Made by a program: the position numbers and the translations under genes. From positions 1-54,083 of the forward strand of contig QWOO01000029.1 in the NCBI GenBank assembly GCA_003669615.1: a DNA stretch of 54,083 nucleotides, given 5' to 3'. The stretch is from Planctomycetota bacterium. Its GTDB lineage: Bacteria; Planctomycetota; Planctomycetia; Planctomycetales; Planctomycetaceae. Positions 19,201-29,150 of this stretch are shown in pieces (position 1 is the stretch's first letter; every line of letters starts with the position of its first letter). Below the pieces are notes generated by a model, which was not told where the DNA came from, did not search any database, and worked only from the letters and a program-made list of their open reading frames with translations.

Positions 19201-20505
19201 ATGTCCAATAATTCGGCTCGTGATGTTGTTATCACCGGAATCGGCCTTGTCTCACCACTTGGGATTGGTCGGGAAGCCTTTTGGTCCAGTCTGTCTGAAG
19301 GCCGTGTCGGTCTCAGAAAGATTGAACTGGCTTCATATGTCGGAACGCCTGATTGCATCGGCGGCGAAGTCTCGGACTTCAACGATGAGTCGGCCAAAAA
19401 AGTGCACCTCAAGACTGTGCGCAAAAGCTTGAAGGTGATGTGCCGCGAAATTCAGATGGGCGTCGCGTCGGCGTTGCAGGCCATGGAAGATGCGGGACTT
19501 CCTGTAGGCTCAGTGGCCCCTGATCGTATCGGTGTGGACTTCGGTGCGAACCTGATGTCGACTCCGCCTGAGGCGTTGCTGGATGCTGTGGTGAAGGCCA
19601 GTGATCGATCCTCCGGGCACCCGATTTTCAACTATGACAAATGGGGTGCGGGCCGATTCGACGGCATGGAACCTTTGTGGCTGCTGCGCTACCTGCCGAA
19701 CATGCCGGGCTGCCACATCGGAATCGCCGTCGACGCACGTGGGCCAAACAATTCGATCACTCATGATGAAGCGTCCGGCTGCCTGGTCGTGGCCGAAGCG
19801 GCCAATTCCATTCGCCGGAACCGTGCCGATGTAATGATCACGGGAGTCACGGGCACCCGAATCCATACCGTGAAGGCCTGCCATTATAACCACTGGGATG
19901 TGCTCGCATCGGGGCCTGCGGACCAGCGCGTACGCCCGTTTGATAACAGTCGTAGTGGCGAAGCGCTTTCGGAAGCCGCCTGCACGCTGATTTTGGAAGC
20001 ACGGGAGCATGCCGAAGCTCGAGGAGCCAAAATTCTCGGTACGCTTCTGGGTTGTGGTTCCAGTACGGTTGTTAATCGTGATGGGCATCCGGACGAGGCG
20101 AGTGCGCTGTATCAGGCCGCGAGTGCCGCGATGGCACGTTCGGGTATCTCCGCCGAAGATCTGGGGCATGTGAATGCCTGTGCTTCGGGCCATCCGCGAC
20201 GCGATCTTTACGAGGCTGCTGGCCTGCGTCGATTGCTCGGCAGTCATGCGGACAGTGTCCCTGTCACGGCGATCAAGAGCTACATGGGCAGTGCGGGCAG
20301 CGGCGGTGGGCTCTGCGAACTTGCGGCATCTCTGCTGGCCTTGCAGCATGGCGTGATTCCGAAAACACTGAATTACTCAACGCCCGATTCCGAATCACCT
20401 CTGAACGTGGTTCATGGAGAACATCAGACAACCACGAACGGCGTATTCCTGAAGACCAGTGTGACTCGCATGGGCCAGGCAAGTGCCGTTGTTGTGAAGG
20501 TGTAA
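19201..20505 (+). CDS. Beta-ketoacyl synthase (FabF/KAS II-like) homologue with a substituted catalytic triad
   Basis: VVITGIGLVSPLG start and thiolase-fold conservation throughout. In a by-eye alignment to E. coli FabF, Cys163 aligns to Glu (ITHDEASG), His303 to Cys (VNACASGH) and His340 to Ser (KSYMGSAGSGGG). Start chosen at 19201 (MSNNSARD). Confidence 0.85.
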   Translation: MSNNSARDVVITGIGLVSPLGIGREAFWSSLSEGRVGLRKIELASYVGTPDCIGGEVSDFNDESAKKVHLKTVRKSLKVMCREIQMGVASALQAMEDAGLPVGSVAPDRIGVDFGANLMSTPPEALLDAVVKASDRSSGHPIFNYDKWGAGRFDGMEPLWLLRYLPNMPGCHIGIAVDARGPNNSITHDEASGCLVVAEAANSIRRNRADVMITGVTGTRIHTVKACHYNHWDVLASGPADQRVRPFDNSRSGEALSEAACTLILEAREHAEARGAKILGTLLGCGSSTVVNRDGHPDEASALYQAASAAMARSGISAEDLGHVNACASGHPRRDLYEAAGLRRLLGSHADSVPVTAIKSYMGSAGSGGGLCELAASLLALQHGVIPKTLNYSTPDSESPLNVVHGEHQTTTNGVFLKTSVTRMGQASAVVVKV

Positions 20506-20547
20506 CGTTCCGTTTTCGGAGACCGCCTGGTGCGGGAAAGCCATCGC

Positions 20548-21438
20548 ATGTGCTCCGCCCCGCATTCACTGTCCGACCAATTTGATGTTCCCGGGCTGAG
20601 CTTTACCGTCGGCGTCGGCGGTGGCGGCCTCACGAAGGCCGTCATCAAAACGTCAGCGGCCAGTGGCGAAATTTATCTTCAGGGCGCTCATGTTACGGCG
20701 TGGCAGCCTTCCGGGTCACAGCCAGTACTGTGGTTGAGCGGATCGTCGTACTTTGAAAAGGGGAAGCCGATTCGAGGCGGCGTGCCGATTTGCTTCCCCT
20801 GGTTCGGGTCGCATGCGTCAGATCCTTCAGCTCCGGCGCACGGCACCGCAAGGATTATCGAATGGGATTTGGTCCATGCTCAGGAGACAGCTGAAGGCGG
20901 TATTGAACTGATCCTGCAGGCTCGAATCGAACCGTTCGTTGTTGATTTTCGCGTGGAGTTTGGTCGAGCGCTCACCATGACGCTGACCACCGCATTGCCG
21001 GTGATGACATCGCAGGCGCAGCGTTTCGAAGACGCGCTGCATACTTATCTGGCCGTTAGCGATATTCAGCAGGTGTCGATTAGCGGGCTCGAAACCGCTC
21101 GATTCATCGACAAGATGGACAACGCCGCGGAGAAGCCGGCTGCTGGCGAAGCCATCAGGTTCACTGCAGAAACCGACCGTGTGTACCTCGAGACGGAATC
21201 TGCATGTATCCTGTCTGACGAGACTTCTGGCCGCCGCATAATTGTGAGTAAGGCAGGATCCCGCTCCACCGTTGTCTGGAATCCGTGGGTCAGTAAGAGC
21301 GCGCGGATGGTCGATTTTGGCGACCAGGAGTGGCGGGGAATGGTGTGCATTGAAACGGCTAATGTCGGCAGAGATCTCATCGAACTGCTGCCCGGCCAGT
21401 CCCACGCGACGACAGCGGTGATCGAGTTAGATTGTTAG
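20548..21438 (+). CDS. D-hexose-6-phosphate mutarotase (aldose 1-epimerase family, YeaD-like)
   Basis: GAHVTAWQP...PVLWLS....KGKPIRGGVPICFPWFG...HGTARI..W. The tracked GTG at 20530 is an alternative start. Confidence 0.8.
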   Translation: MCSAPHSLSDQFDVPGLSFTVGVGGGGLTKAVIKTSAASGEIYLQGAHVTAWQPSGSQPVLWLSGSSYFEKGKPIRGGVPICFPWFGSHASDPSAPAHGTARIIEWDLVHAQETAEGGIELILQARIEPFVVDFRVEFGRALTMTLTTALPVMTSQAQRFEDALHTYLAVSDIQQVSISGLETARFIDKMDNAAEKPAAGEAIRFTAETDRVYLETESACILSDETSGRRIIVSKAGSRSTVVWNPWVSKSARMVDFGDQEWRGMVCIETANVGRDLIELLPGQSHATTAVIELDC

Positions 21439-21623
21439 CTGCAGCTTCGCCCGCATGATTCCTTTCGAACCACTTTCGTTCTTTGGGAAAACACCCGCCG
21501 GATGGCACGATCGGCTGTCAGGAACTCGAGTGATTCGTAATTCTTAAAGCGAGAACCAACTTCACGGCGGCGTAAAGCCTGGCTGTGCCAATGTCTTTTT
21601 CGCCGCCGGAGTTTGCCTGTTGA

Positions 21624-22922
21624 TCATAACGGCAATGGCGGATTCGGAGCGTGAGGATAGTCGCTCGGCTGATAGGCGATGGCCAGTTCCGGAGTGAGCA
21701 GACGCTGGCCATGCTCCGCGCGGGATCGAAGAGCACGATCGAGAATGCCGGTCGTCAGCAGAGTTCGCTCGACCGGATATGTCGGTTTTCCCGTGTGAAT
21801 CATGCGTTCTACGGCGTGCAGAAGAAACGCGAAATGAGGATGACGCGGCACGGTTCGTTCTTCGGCCTGCGTCGCCACGGGATCCTGGCCGCGAAGTTTG
21901 ATCCCCGCGCTGATACTGCGAGCGAATCCACTCAGCATGAAAACGGCCGCATGGAATCCGTCGTTGTATTCGATCAGGAACAAGGCATCTCCCGGGTTGT
22001 GTGCCGCTCGCATTTCGACATCGGAAACTTTGGAGGAGACGTCCGCTACGGCCTTCAGAACTCCAGTATCAACGCGACCTGCATCCACGGCCGCCCAGAT
22101 CGCGTCACCAGTCAGGCATTGAACGGACATTACACCAACTTCTCCGCCCCGACGCTTTTCTATCATGCACTGCAGGAATTCCAGAGTGTGAATTCCGTAA
22201 CGATCGAGCTCTGCGTAACCAATCGCGACCGCTGCTTCGATTTCAGAGTTGAGATCGACGGTCAGGTCCGGACTTCGGTATCCAACGACAAGCGAAGAAC
22301 CGGCCATGAACGGGACCTGCATCTGCTGAGCCCGCTGATACATCCAGAGCGCATCGTCCCAGCCGGGGCCAAGGTGCTTGTCATTGAAGACGGGAACCAC
22401 TTTGCCGTACTTCGCAAACGTGTCGGTAATTTCCTGGAAGAACCGGCGGCGCGGATAGAGATCCTGGCCCAGGTCGTTGCGAGGATAGTCACCGTGTTCG
22501 CCGATGCTTAACACGCCATCCACGGGAATACCACTTGTGCCCGCAGTGACCGCCCCTTCGATCGTGTCAAAGACCGGGATCTTGTAACGCGCGGCAAGTT
22601 CGCGTCCGAATTCCGTGTTGACCTGCTGGTCGATGTACAAAGACGACAGCTTCAGAGCCGGGCCTTGTCCGCCGTCGATCTTCCAGCCCTCCAGAAGGCG
22701 ACCGATCAGCACATCCGAATGAGAGCCTTTGAAGTACGTCGTCAGAACTCCGGCGACGGATTTGGGCGATCGTCCCGTCAGAGCCGGCCATTTGTCTTTT
22801 GCCTGAGCCTCATCTGCCGAACTTCGCTGATGACTGCCGAACGATGCTGCCCATGAGCCAGCGGCCAATGCCGCGGAGGACGTCAGCCAGTTGCGACGTG
22901 AGATGGGATGAGAGGAATTCAT
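21624..22922 (-). CDS. Tat-signal conserved hypothetical protein (function unknown)
   Basis: Twin-arginine leader (ISRRNWLTSSAALAAGSWA). A 432-aa ORF with coding-like composition. I could assign no catalytic motif. Confidence 0.8.
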   Translation of the reverse strand: MNSSHPISRRNWLTSSAALAAGSWAASFGSHQRSSADEAQAKDKWPALTGRSPKSVAGVLTTYFKGSHSDVLIGRLLEGWKIDGGQGPALKLSSLYIDQQVNTEFGRELAARYKIPVFDTIEGAVTAGTSGIPVDGVLSIGEHGDYPRNDLGQDLYPRRRFFQEITDTFAKYGKVVPVFNDKHLGPGWDDALWMYQRAQQMQVPFMAGSSLVVGYRSPDLTVDLNSEIEAAVAIGYAELDRYGIHTLEFLQCMIEKRRGGEVGVMSVQCLTGDAIWAAVDAGRVDTGVLKAVADVSSKVSDVEMRAAHNPGDALFLIEYNDGFHAAVFMLSGFARSISAGIKLRGQDPVATQAEERTVPRHPHFAFLLHAVERMIHTGKPTYPVERTLLTTGILDRALRSRAEHGQRLLTPELAIAYQPSDYPHAPNPPLPL

Positions 22923-23193
22923 GGAGGTCTTTCAGGCAACGAATGGTGAGAGAAGAACTCGGCCTTCTGGCCGCGAGCATTATGGTGATCGAAATCTCGA
23001 GCATCCTGGCGACATCATTGTGACAGCGAACAGGCAGGGCGTTGAGCCGGCAGGCGGTGGAGCAGGATGCAGAATGAATCAGGGCAGGAGAATTGAGGAG
23101 GGAGAGACAGACGTCCGAGTGTTATACTCAGGGAGTCGTTTGCTGCCGTCAAGCGCAGGCGAGGTGTTCGGTCCAGTGGTTTCCCTGTGAGAG

Positions 23194-23550
23194 TTGAAGT
23201 TCCACATGACTTCTCAGCCTGAGAATCTGTTCGACAATGTTCCGAGCCAGATGCCGCAGGAATTGTTTCAGAACCTGTTGACGGTGGCCTCATGCCGAAT
23301 TGAGCGAATCGTGTCGTTCGGTCACTGCCGTCCGGTCGATTTTTGGTACGACCAGAGTGAAAGTGAATGGGTACTTGTGCTGCAGGGCGAAGCCGTCCTG
23401 CAGTTCCGTGATGACGAGACCAGCCTGCGTCTGAAGGCGGGAGACTTCGTCAATATTCCTGCTCATCGGCTACATCGAGTGGAATGGACTCAGCCGGATG
23501 TCGCCACAATCTGGCTGGCCGTTTTTTACAGGGACGAGCGCACGGAGTGA
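23194..23550 (+). CDS. Cupin-domain protein
   Basis: EWVLVLQGEAVLQF...LKAGDFVNIPAHRLHRVE is a cupin_2-like two-motif barrel. The start may instead be the Met at 23206. Confidence 0.75.
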   Translation: MKFHMTSQPENLFDNVPSQMPQELFQNLLTVASCRIERIVSFGHCRPVDFWYDQSESEWVLVLQGEAVLQFRDDETSLRLKAGDFVNIPAHRLHRVEWTQPDVATIWLAVFYRDERTE

Positions 23551-23608
23551 ATCCTGAATCGCAACCGCACGGCGCAGGTTGTCGCAGTTTATCGCCATTC
23601 TGCCGAAC

Positions 23609-25015
23609 CTATCGGACGAGGTTTCGTTCATATCGCTCAAACAGATGCCGCACCTGATGGGCAATATCAGGCCCTGAGAACAGGGGCGAAAGTGAGCTGG
23701 TTGTCGGAAGCGAATGGATGCGTTCGGCGAGCAGGGTTACGGAAGTCGCTGAAGCATGCAGAGAGCAAAGCGGTGATCCGGCCGGTACGGTCGTCCTTGA
23801 TGGTGGGACGTCAGCCAGACGGAGTGAGTGGTCGCTTTCAAACGCGGTCGCGAAGTGTTCGGGAACAGAAAAGTCTTCAGGAGCCCAGAGAATGAATCGG
23901 GCCTGAATCGCATGCCAGTCCTCAGGCCGTCTTCTCGATCTGGAATTTACCGGGGCTTCGGCTGCTTTCCAGCCAAGCGCCGCAAGATGGCGGGTGATCA
24001 GACTGGGCGAAGTTTGTCGTTCCGGCGCGACGTTCTCGTAAAGCATGTGCGATGCTGTCAGACGTGGATTGACTTCCAGAAACCAGGCATTGCCCTGACG
24101 CAGCATGAAGTCGATACCGAACACGCCCTGAAGTTTGCACTTATGCGCGATACATTCTGCGGCGGACCGAATTTCTGCGATCAACGGTTCGGGCGGGCAG
24201 ACAGGTCCGATGTTGCCGCAAAAGAGAAAGTCTGATGCTCCGAGGCAGGGCCAGCCAATAAGTTGCAAAGAGACGCCAATCAATTCGACTCGACCCTGAT
24301 GCGAACAGAACATCGCCGACATCGGTACCCCGTCGATGTATTCCTGCAGGTACTCTGAAGGTTGCGGCGAAGTCAGCTCCAAAGATTCCTTCGGGTTCGA
24401 TCGCGCCAATGTTCGGATTCCCAGTCCTCCGGAGCTGTGAATCGGCTTGCGCAACCAGAGGCAGTCGATATCGATGTTGGAAGAGGTCGCCAGGCGCGGC
24501 ACATGCAGACCGGCTTCCGTCAGCCACTCAAAGATGCGGGCCGGGTGACGCAGTTGATCAAGAATATCCGGATCCGCACCGATCACGGGCCGGCGGCGAG
24601 CAATGGTGCGAAGGGTGTCCGTGTGATTTTCGAGCCCTCCCGCCCACAGGAGTGGAACAGAAGTGCGAACAGAATGAGTAATCTGCGGTAATTCAGTAAA
24701 TGAGCGAATTCGGCCAACAAAACGGCCGCGGTTGTGAGACAGCAGGGCCGTGAGGTCCTGATCTTCGAAGAAATCGACACAGAGGGGTCGCAGGCCGGCC
24801 CGGACAGCAGATTCCGCAAGACTTCGGACGCTGGCACCGCAAAGGAGCACCGATCGGACCGTTCGCAGGGGTCTGAAAGCGTCTTGTTCGAGCGAAGTTG
24901 GGGACTCCGGCTTCAGGTCGGTTGAAGATGGGGCCAAAAGTCGCAATCCTGACCAAAGAATGAACAGTTGGAATAAAGGGGATGTTCGCAATATCGAACG
25001 TCTTCCTTCATGCAA
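23609..25015 (-). CDS. ATP-grasp carboligase-like protein, probably of the type linked to tetrahydromethanopterin (H4MPT) pathway genes
   Basis: ATP-grasp core: LRKPIHSSGGLGI, EYLQEYIDGVPMSAMF, GVFGIDFMLRQGNAWFLEVNPRLTAS. It is divergent from fae. The N-terminal ~55 aa of the tracked ORF are uncertain. Confidence 0.7.
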   Translation of the reverse strand: MHEGRRSILRTSPLFQLFILWSGLRLLAPSSTDLKPESPTSLEQDAFRPLRTVRSVLLCGASVRSLAESAVRAGLRPLCVDFFEDQDLTALLSHNRGRFVGRIRSFTELPQITHSVRTSVPLLWAGGLENHTDTLRTIARRRPVIGADPDILDQLRHPARIFEWLTEAGLHVPRLATSSNIDIDCLWLRKPIHSSGGLGIRTLARSNPKESLELTSPQPSEYLQEYIDGVPMSAMFCSHQGRVELIGVSLQLIGWPCLGASDFLFCGNIGPVCPPEPLIAEIRSAAECIAHKCKLQGVFGIDFMLRQGNAWFLEVNPRLTASHMLYENVAPERQTSPSLITRHLAALGWKAAEAPVNSRSRRRPEDWHAIQARFILWAPEDFSVPEHFATAFESDHSLRLADVPPSRTTVPAGSPLCSLHASATSVTLLAERIHSLPTTSSLSPLFSGPDIAHQVRHLFERYERNLVR

Positions 25016-25215
25016 TGTTCACTTTTTCAGGCGACCTTGTCCACAACACAGGCACCCCATTGCAGAGGCAGCGGCATAGCTGCTTCCGCAGACAACTGCA
25101 AAGTGTGGCTCGGAAGTCCCCGCGTGTGACTGCCTTCGGGCGTGACCGCAGGGCTTCAAAATTGTCTGCGGTCGCTGGTTTTAGGTTCCACTGGTTTTTG
25201 CAAAGGAATTAAGGA

Positions 25216-25710
25216 ATGTCGATGTTTGTTGGTGAAGCACTGGTCGGTGATGGCAATGAAATTGCCCACATCGATCTGCTGATTGGTGACAAGGCTGGCC
25301 CGGTTGGAAACGCATTCGCGAATGCACTTGCCAGCCAGAAGCAGGGATTCAGCAACCTGCTCGCAGGGATTCCAAATCTGGCTGTGAAGCCATCCACGGT
25401 TATGATCACCAAGGTCACAATCAAGGGTGCCAAGCAGGCTGTCCAGATGTTCGGACCAGCTCAGAAGGCTGTTTCTGATGCTGTTGCCGACAGTGTCAAA
25501 TCTGGCGCGATCCCACAGGATCAGGCTGAAAATCTTGTCATCGTCTGCGGTGTATTCATTCACTGGGATGCTGCTGACGACAAGAAAATCTATCAGTACA
25601 ACTACGAAGCGACCAAGCTTGCTATCGAGCGAGCCATGAAGAACGAGCCTAAGGTGGAAGAAGTGCTGGCCAAGCGCGATACCGCCGCTCATCCGTTCTA
25701 CGCGGGCTAG
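25216..25710 (+). CDS. fae: Formaldehyde-activating enzyme (5,6,7,8-tetrahydromethanopterin hydro-lyase)
   Basis: [44 protein letters not shown] and [14 protein letters not shown] give a full-length Fae signature. A good RBS (AAGGAATTAAGGAATG) precedes it. Confidence 0.9.
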   Translation: MSMFVGEALVGDGNEIAHIDLLIGDKAGPVGNAFANALASQKQGFSNLLAGIPNLAVKPSTVMITKVTIKGAKQAVQMFGPAQKAVSDAVADSVKSGAIPQDQAENLVIVCGVFIHWDAADDKKIYQYNYEATKLAIERAMKNEPKVEEVLAKRDTAAHPFYAG

Positions 25711-25786
25711 TCGATGGTGTGCTGATTCAGGTGGAAGGCGGACGAAATGTCTGCTGAATGCCTGATATCAGCCAAAGTAGAATTCG

Positions 25787-25827
25787 GGGCGACCGTGCTG
25801 ATCAACAGTGCGGTCGCCCTTTTTTTG
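25787..25827 (+). terminator. Rho-independent terminator of fae
   Basis: 9-bp stem GGGCGACCG (25787-25795) / CGGTCGCCC (25811-25819), followed by a T7 run. Confidence 0.65.
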
Positions 25828-25884
25828 TTGCGATTTTTTGCGATGTGGAGTTGCGTGGCGGTCACTGGCCAGTCGCTGCCGGAT

Positions 25885-26868
25885 CTATGGCCGAGCTTGT
25901 TCTGAGGCCTGTCTGTCGGCCGCAATTTGTTGAATTCGATTGCTGAGCGCTTCCGGCGATTCCGTGCCCGTCATAGGAATCGCCAGGCATTCTTCCAGAT
26001 TGCGGAACCACGTGTGTTGTCGTTTCGCGAACTGGCGAGTCGAAATTTTTGTCAGTTCCACTGCTTTCGCAAGCGTCAGTTCTCCTGCCAGGTGACGGAT
26101 AAGATCGCGATAGCCGAGCGCCTGACGCGCAGTGCGAGATGGTGAGGGATCTCGTTCGATCAGCTGGCGTGTCTCTTCCAGCCAGCCAGCGTTCATCATC
26201 TGGTCCACGCGGCGATTGATGCGATCTCGGAGCCATTCGCGAGGCGGCTCAAGCCAGACAACCGCCCGAGGCTGTTCGTTAGGCGGCCGCGGGACATGGT
26301 GCTGGTCATCAGAGAGCGGTTTGCCGGTCAATTCGAAAACTTCAATGGCACGGATCATCCGGCGCAGATCGTTCAGGTGCAGGCGGGCGGCGGTAATCGG
26401 ATCGCAGGCTGCCAGCCGATCATGCAACCACAGGGGTCCAAGTTCGCGAGCTTGAGTTTCCAAAGAGTTGCGCAGAGGCCAGTCGGCTTCCGGGCCCTCA
26501 AACATTCCGCGCAGGATCGATCTGAGATAAAGGCCCGTTCCGCCTACGAAAACTGGCTTTCGGCCGCGAGCGACGATGTCTGAAGCCGCAAGGGCGGCCA
26601 GTCGGACGAATTCGGTCACGCTGAATTCTTCATGCGGATCGGCCACGTCGACCAGATGATGGGGGATCCTGCGACGTTCCTCGAGCGAGGGTTTTGCGGT
26701 ACCAATATCCATGCTGCGATAAATCGCCATGGAATCGAGCGAAATAATCTCGCCATCCAGAGCCGCAGCGAGGGCCATCGCAGTGGCCGACTTCCCGGAG
26801 GCGGTTGGGCCAGCCAGAAACCAACAGTTTTGGAGGAGATGCGAGGAAAATTCCATAGAATTTGACAA
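25885..26868 (-). CDS. miaA: tRNA dimethylallyltransferase
   Basis: P-loop GPTASGKSATAMALA, ISLDSMAIYRSMDIGTAKP and IPHHLVDV. Confidence 0.95.
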   Translation of the reverse strand: MSNSMEFSSHLLQNCWFLAGPTASGKSATAMALAAALDGEIISLDSMAIYRSMDIGTAKPSLEERRRIPHHLVDVADPHEEFSVTEFVRLAALAASDIVARGRKPVFVGGTGLYLRSILRGMFEGPEADWPLRNSLETQARELGPLWLHDRLAACDPITAARLHLNDLRRMIRAIEVFELTGKPLSDDQHHVPRPPNEQPRAVVWLEPPREWLRDRINRRVDQMMNAGWLEETRQLIERDPSPSRTARQALGYRDLIRHLAGELTLAKAVELTKISTRQFAKRQHTWFRNLEECLAIPMTGTESPEALSNRIQQIAADRQASEQARP

Positions 26869-27331
26869 CTCTGAGAAGCCGAACGATCGGGCGGACCGCC
26901 TGTGTGTGGCGTCCGATCATAAGATCGAGTTGCCAAAATTCCTGTGAACGCCCGGTGTTCATGGGAAGATTGGCCATTTCCGGCTGGGCGAATCTGAACG
27001 AACAGTCCGTTCTGCAGTTGAACGTTAGTTTGGTCGACGATATGCTGCCCCGTTTCCGAAAAAGAGCGGGGCGATTGCTGCGCGCAGTTTTCGGCGGTTG
27101 AAATAGCTGTTGCAGCCAGTAATTAAAAGGCTGCCATGCAGAGGGTCTCTTGTGAGAGGCATTCTCTGCATTCGGCGAAGGCACTCCAAATAGGCTTTGG
27201 GGGCTGCCGCGTTTCGGCCGAAGTTCAGGCATTCAAAGATCGTGCGCTTCGTCAGATCGGCAATTTTTGCCGCATTTCGCTAAGCGGCGTTAATAAGAGT
27301 TTATTCGGTTCTTGATTCAGGGTGATCGCAG

Positions 27332-27889
27332 ATGTCGGAAGATCTTCTGGTGAAGGCGGAACGCCGGTCAAATCTCGGTACAGTGGACGCGAAGCGTTTG
27401 CGAGCCTCCGGGCGTGTTCCAGCCAATATTTATGGTCTGGGTCAGCCGGGTGAGTCGGTTTCTGTCTGTGGCGAGACTGTCGAGAAGCTTGTAGCGACGC
27501 GATCGTCGGTTGTGGATATTGAACTGGACGGCAAGGTTGCTAAGGCTGTTGTTCAGGAAGTGCAGTGGGACGTATTCAGCACTTCGGTTCAGCATCTGGA
27601 TCTGCGTCGCGTCGATCCAGACGGTCGCGCAACCGTCAGCGTGGTGCTGGAACTTCGCGGTGAGCCGCTGGGTTTGAAGGATGGCGGCACATTGCGTCAG
27701 CTCCACAAAAAGGTATCGCTGGATTGCCCGGACTACCGGGTTCCAAAGTCGATCGTTGTGCGAATTGGTGGTCTCCGAATTGGTGATTCCATCAAGGCCA
27801 GTGATCTGCAGTTGCCAGAGCATGCAAAGCTTGTAACAGCTGCTGATGAAGTGATCGTTGAGCTTTACGATGCTCGTAAGGCTGTTTAG
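27332..27889 (+). CDS. rplY: 50S ribosomal protein L25 / general stress protein Ctc
   Basis: RSNLGTVDAKRLRASGRVPANIYG is the L25 N-terminal signature. The long (Ctc) form sits in the usual position upstream of pth. Confidence 0.9.
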   Translation: MSEDLLVKAERRSNLGTVDAKRLRASGRVPANIYGLGQPGESVSVCGETVEKLVATRSSVVDIELDGKVAKAVVQEVQWDVFSTSVQHLDLRRVDPDGRATVSVVLELRGEPLGLKDGGTLRQLHKKVSLDCPDYRVPKSIVVRIGGLRIGDSIKASDLQLPEHAKLVTAADEVIVELYDARKAV

Positions 27890-27894
27890 TAAAA

Positions 27895-28467
27895 ATGAAG
27901 CTCGTGGTGGGACTTGGGAATCCTGGTTCGCAGTATTCCGGGACTCGTCACAATGTGGGCTTCGATGTGATCACTGAGCTGGCTCAGCGATGGCAGGCGG
28001 GTAAGCCACAGTTGAAATTTCAGGCGGAGATACGAGAGGCAATTTTTCCTTCGGGGAAAGTTTTCCTGGTAGCTCCGATGACTTATATGAATCGAAGTGG
28101 GGAGTCTGTTCAGCAGATTGCCCGCTTCTATCAGGTTGCATCGGAAGATGTGGCCGTTGTGTGTGACGATATAAATCTTCCGCTGGGACGGCTTCGCTGG
28201 CGTGCTGGTGGATCTTCCGGCGGTCAAAAAGGCCTGGCCGACATACTTCAGAGGTTAGGAACTGAAAAGGTTCCCCGACTTCGATTGGGAGTGGGTCGAC
28301 CTCCGGGAGGTATGGATTCTGCTGCATGGGTTCTGGCTCGGTTTCGAGCAGAGGATCGCAGTGAAGCAGAGATGATGGTAAAGTTGGCGGCTGATTCAAT
28401 GGAATGTTGGATTGCCGAGGGTCTTGCCGTCGCGATGAACAGGTTTAATCGTTCTTCAGAAGACTAG
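27895..28467 (+). CDS. pth: Peptidyl-tRNA hydrolase
   Basis: MKLVVGLGNPGSQYSGTRHNVGF and MTYMNRSGESV. Confidence 0.95.
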   Translation: MKLVVGLGNPGSQYSGTRHNVGFDVITELAQRWQAGKPQLKFQAEIREAIFPSGKVFLVAPMTYMNRSGESVQQIARFYQVASEDVAVVCDDINLPLGRLRWRAGGSSGGQKGLADILQRLGTEKVPRLRLGVGRPPGGMDSAAWVLARFRAEDRSEAEMMVKLAADSMECWIAEGLAVAMNRFNRSSED

Positions 28468-28564
28468 TGTTTGGGTTGGATGTCTGGCTTAGCCGGATGT
28501 CGTCTAGGTTCTTTTTATCTGAGCCAATTGGTTTCAGGTCTGCCCCAGAGGGAGCATCAGTTCC

Positions 28565-28984
28565 GTGTCAGTCGTAGCAGAAAAGCCGGTGCGAGAGCAC
28601 CTATATGAAGGTATGTTCCTGGTCGACAGTGGCAAGTTTGCTATGGACCCGGACGGTGTTGCCAATGAAATCCTGGCAGTCCTTAAGCGGGCCGGTGCAA
28701 CTGTAGTTGCGCATCGCCCATGGCAGGACGGCAAGTTGGCATACGAAATTAATGGAATGAAGAAAGGTCTTCATTACATCGTATGCTTCACGATGCCAGG
28801 CTCAGGCATGAAGACTCTGATTCGTCAGTGTCAGCTGAGCGAAACGATCGTGCGTCAGATGGTGATCACTCACCCTCAGAGCATCTTCGATGCGACCGTG
28901 GCGGCTATCAGCGGCGAAACATTGCCGCAGGTGCCTGACATGGCGCCTCCTGCTCCGGCAGTGGATGCTCTGGACGACGAATAA
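28565..28984 (+). CDS. rpsF: 30S ribosomal protein S6
   Basis: HLYEGMFLVD......ILAVLKRAGATVVAHRPWQDGKLAYEI is S6-like. It has a GTG start and sits upstream of ssb. Confidence 0.9.
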   Translation: MSVVAEKPVREHLYEGMFLVDSGKFAMDPDGVANEILAVLKRAGATVVAHRPWQDGKLAYEINGMKKGLHYIVCFTMPGSGMKTLIRQCQLSETIVRQMVITHPQSIFDATVAAISGETLPQVPDMAPPAPAVDALDDE

Positions 28985-29150
28985 GACCAGGTCGTCAGCC
29001 GGTCGCTCGGAATTGAGTTGATGCGAAGTTGGTTTCTCTGTGAGGAGGTCCGCCAGCATGAACTCGAAAGTTGTGGATCAGTGTGCTTAAGAATGGCAGT
29101 CGGGAGCGCCAGTCTCTCCTGGCTTTGAGTGTCCGGAGCGGAGACAGGTC

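Noticed and set aside
26630-27232. 200-aa minus-strand ORF spanning the miaA start and the miaA-rplY intergenic region
   Set aside because: It overlaps the miaA N-terminus out of frame and is Pro/Arg/Ser-rich. The region is more plausibly the divergent promoter and leader of miaA and the rplY-pth operon. I also saw no recognisable SRP, tmRNA, RNase P or 6S signature in this 460-bp gap.
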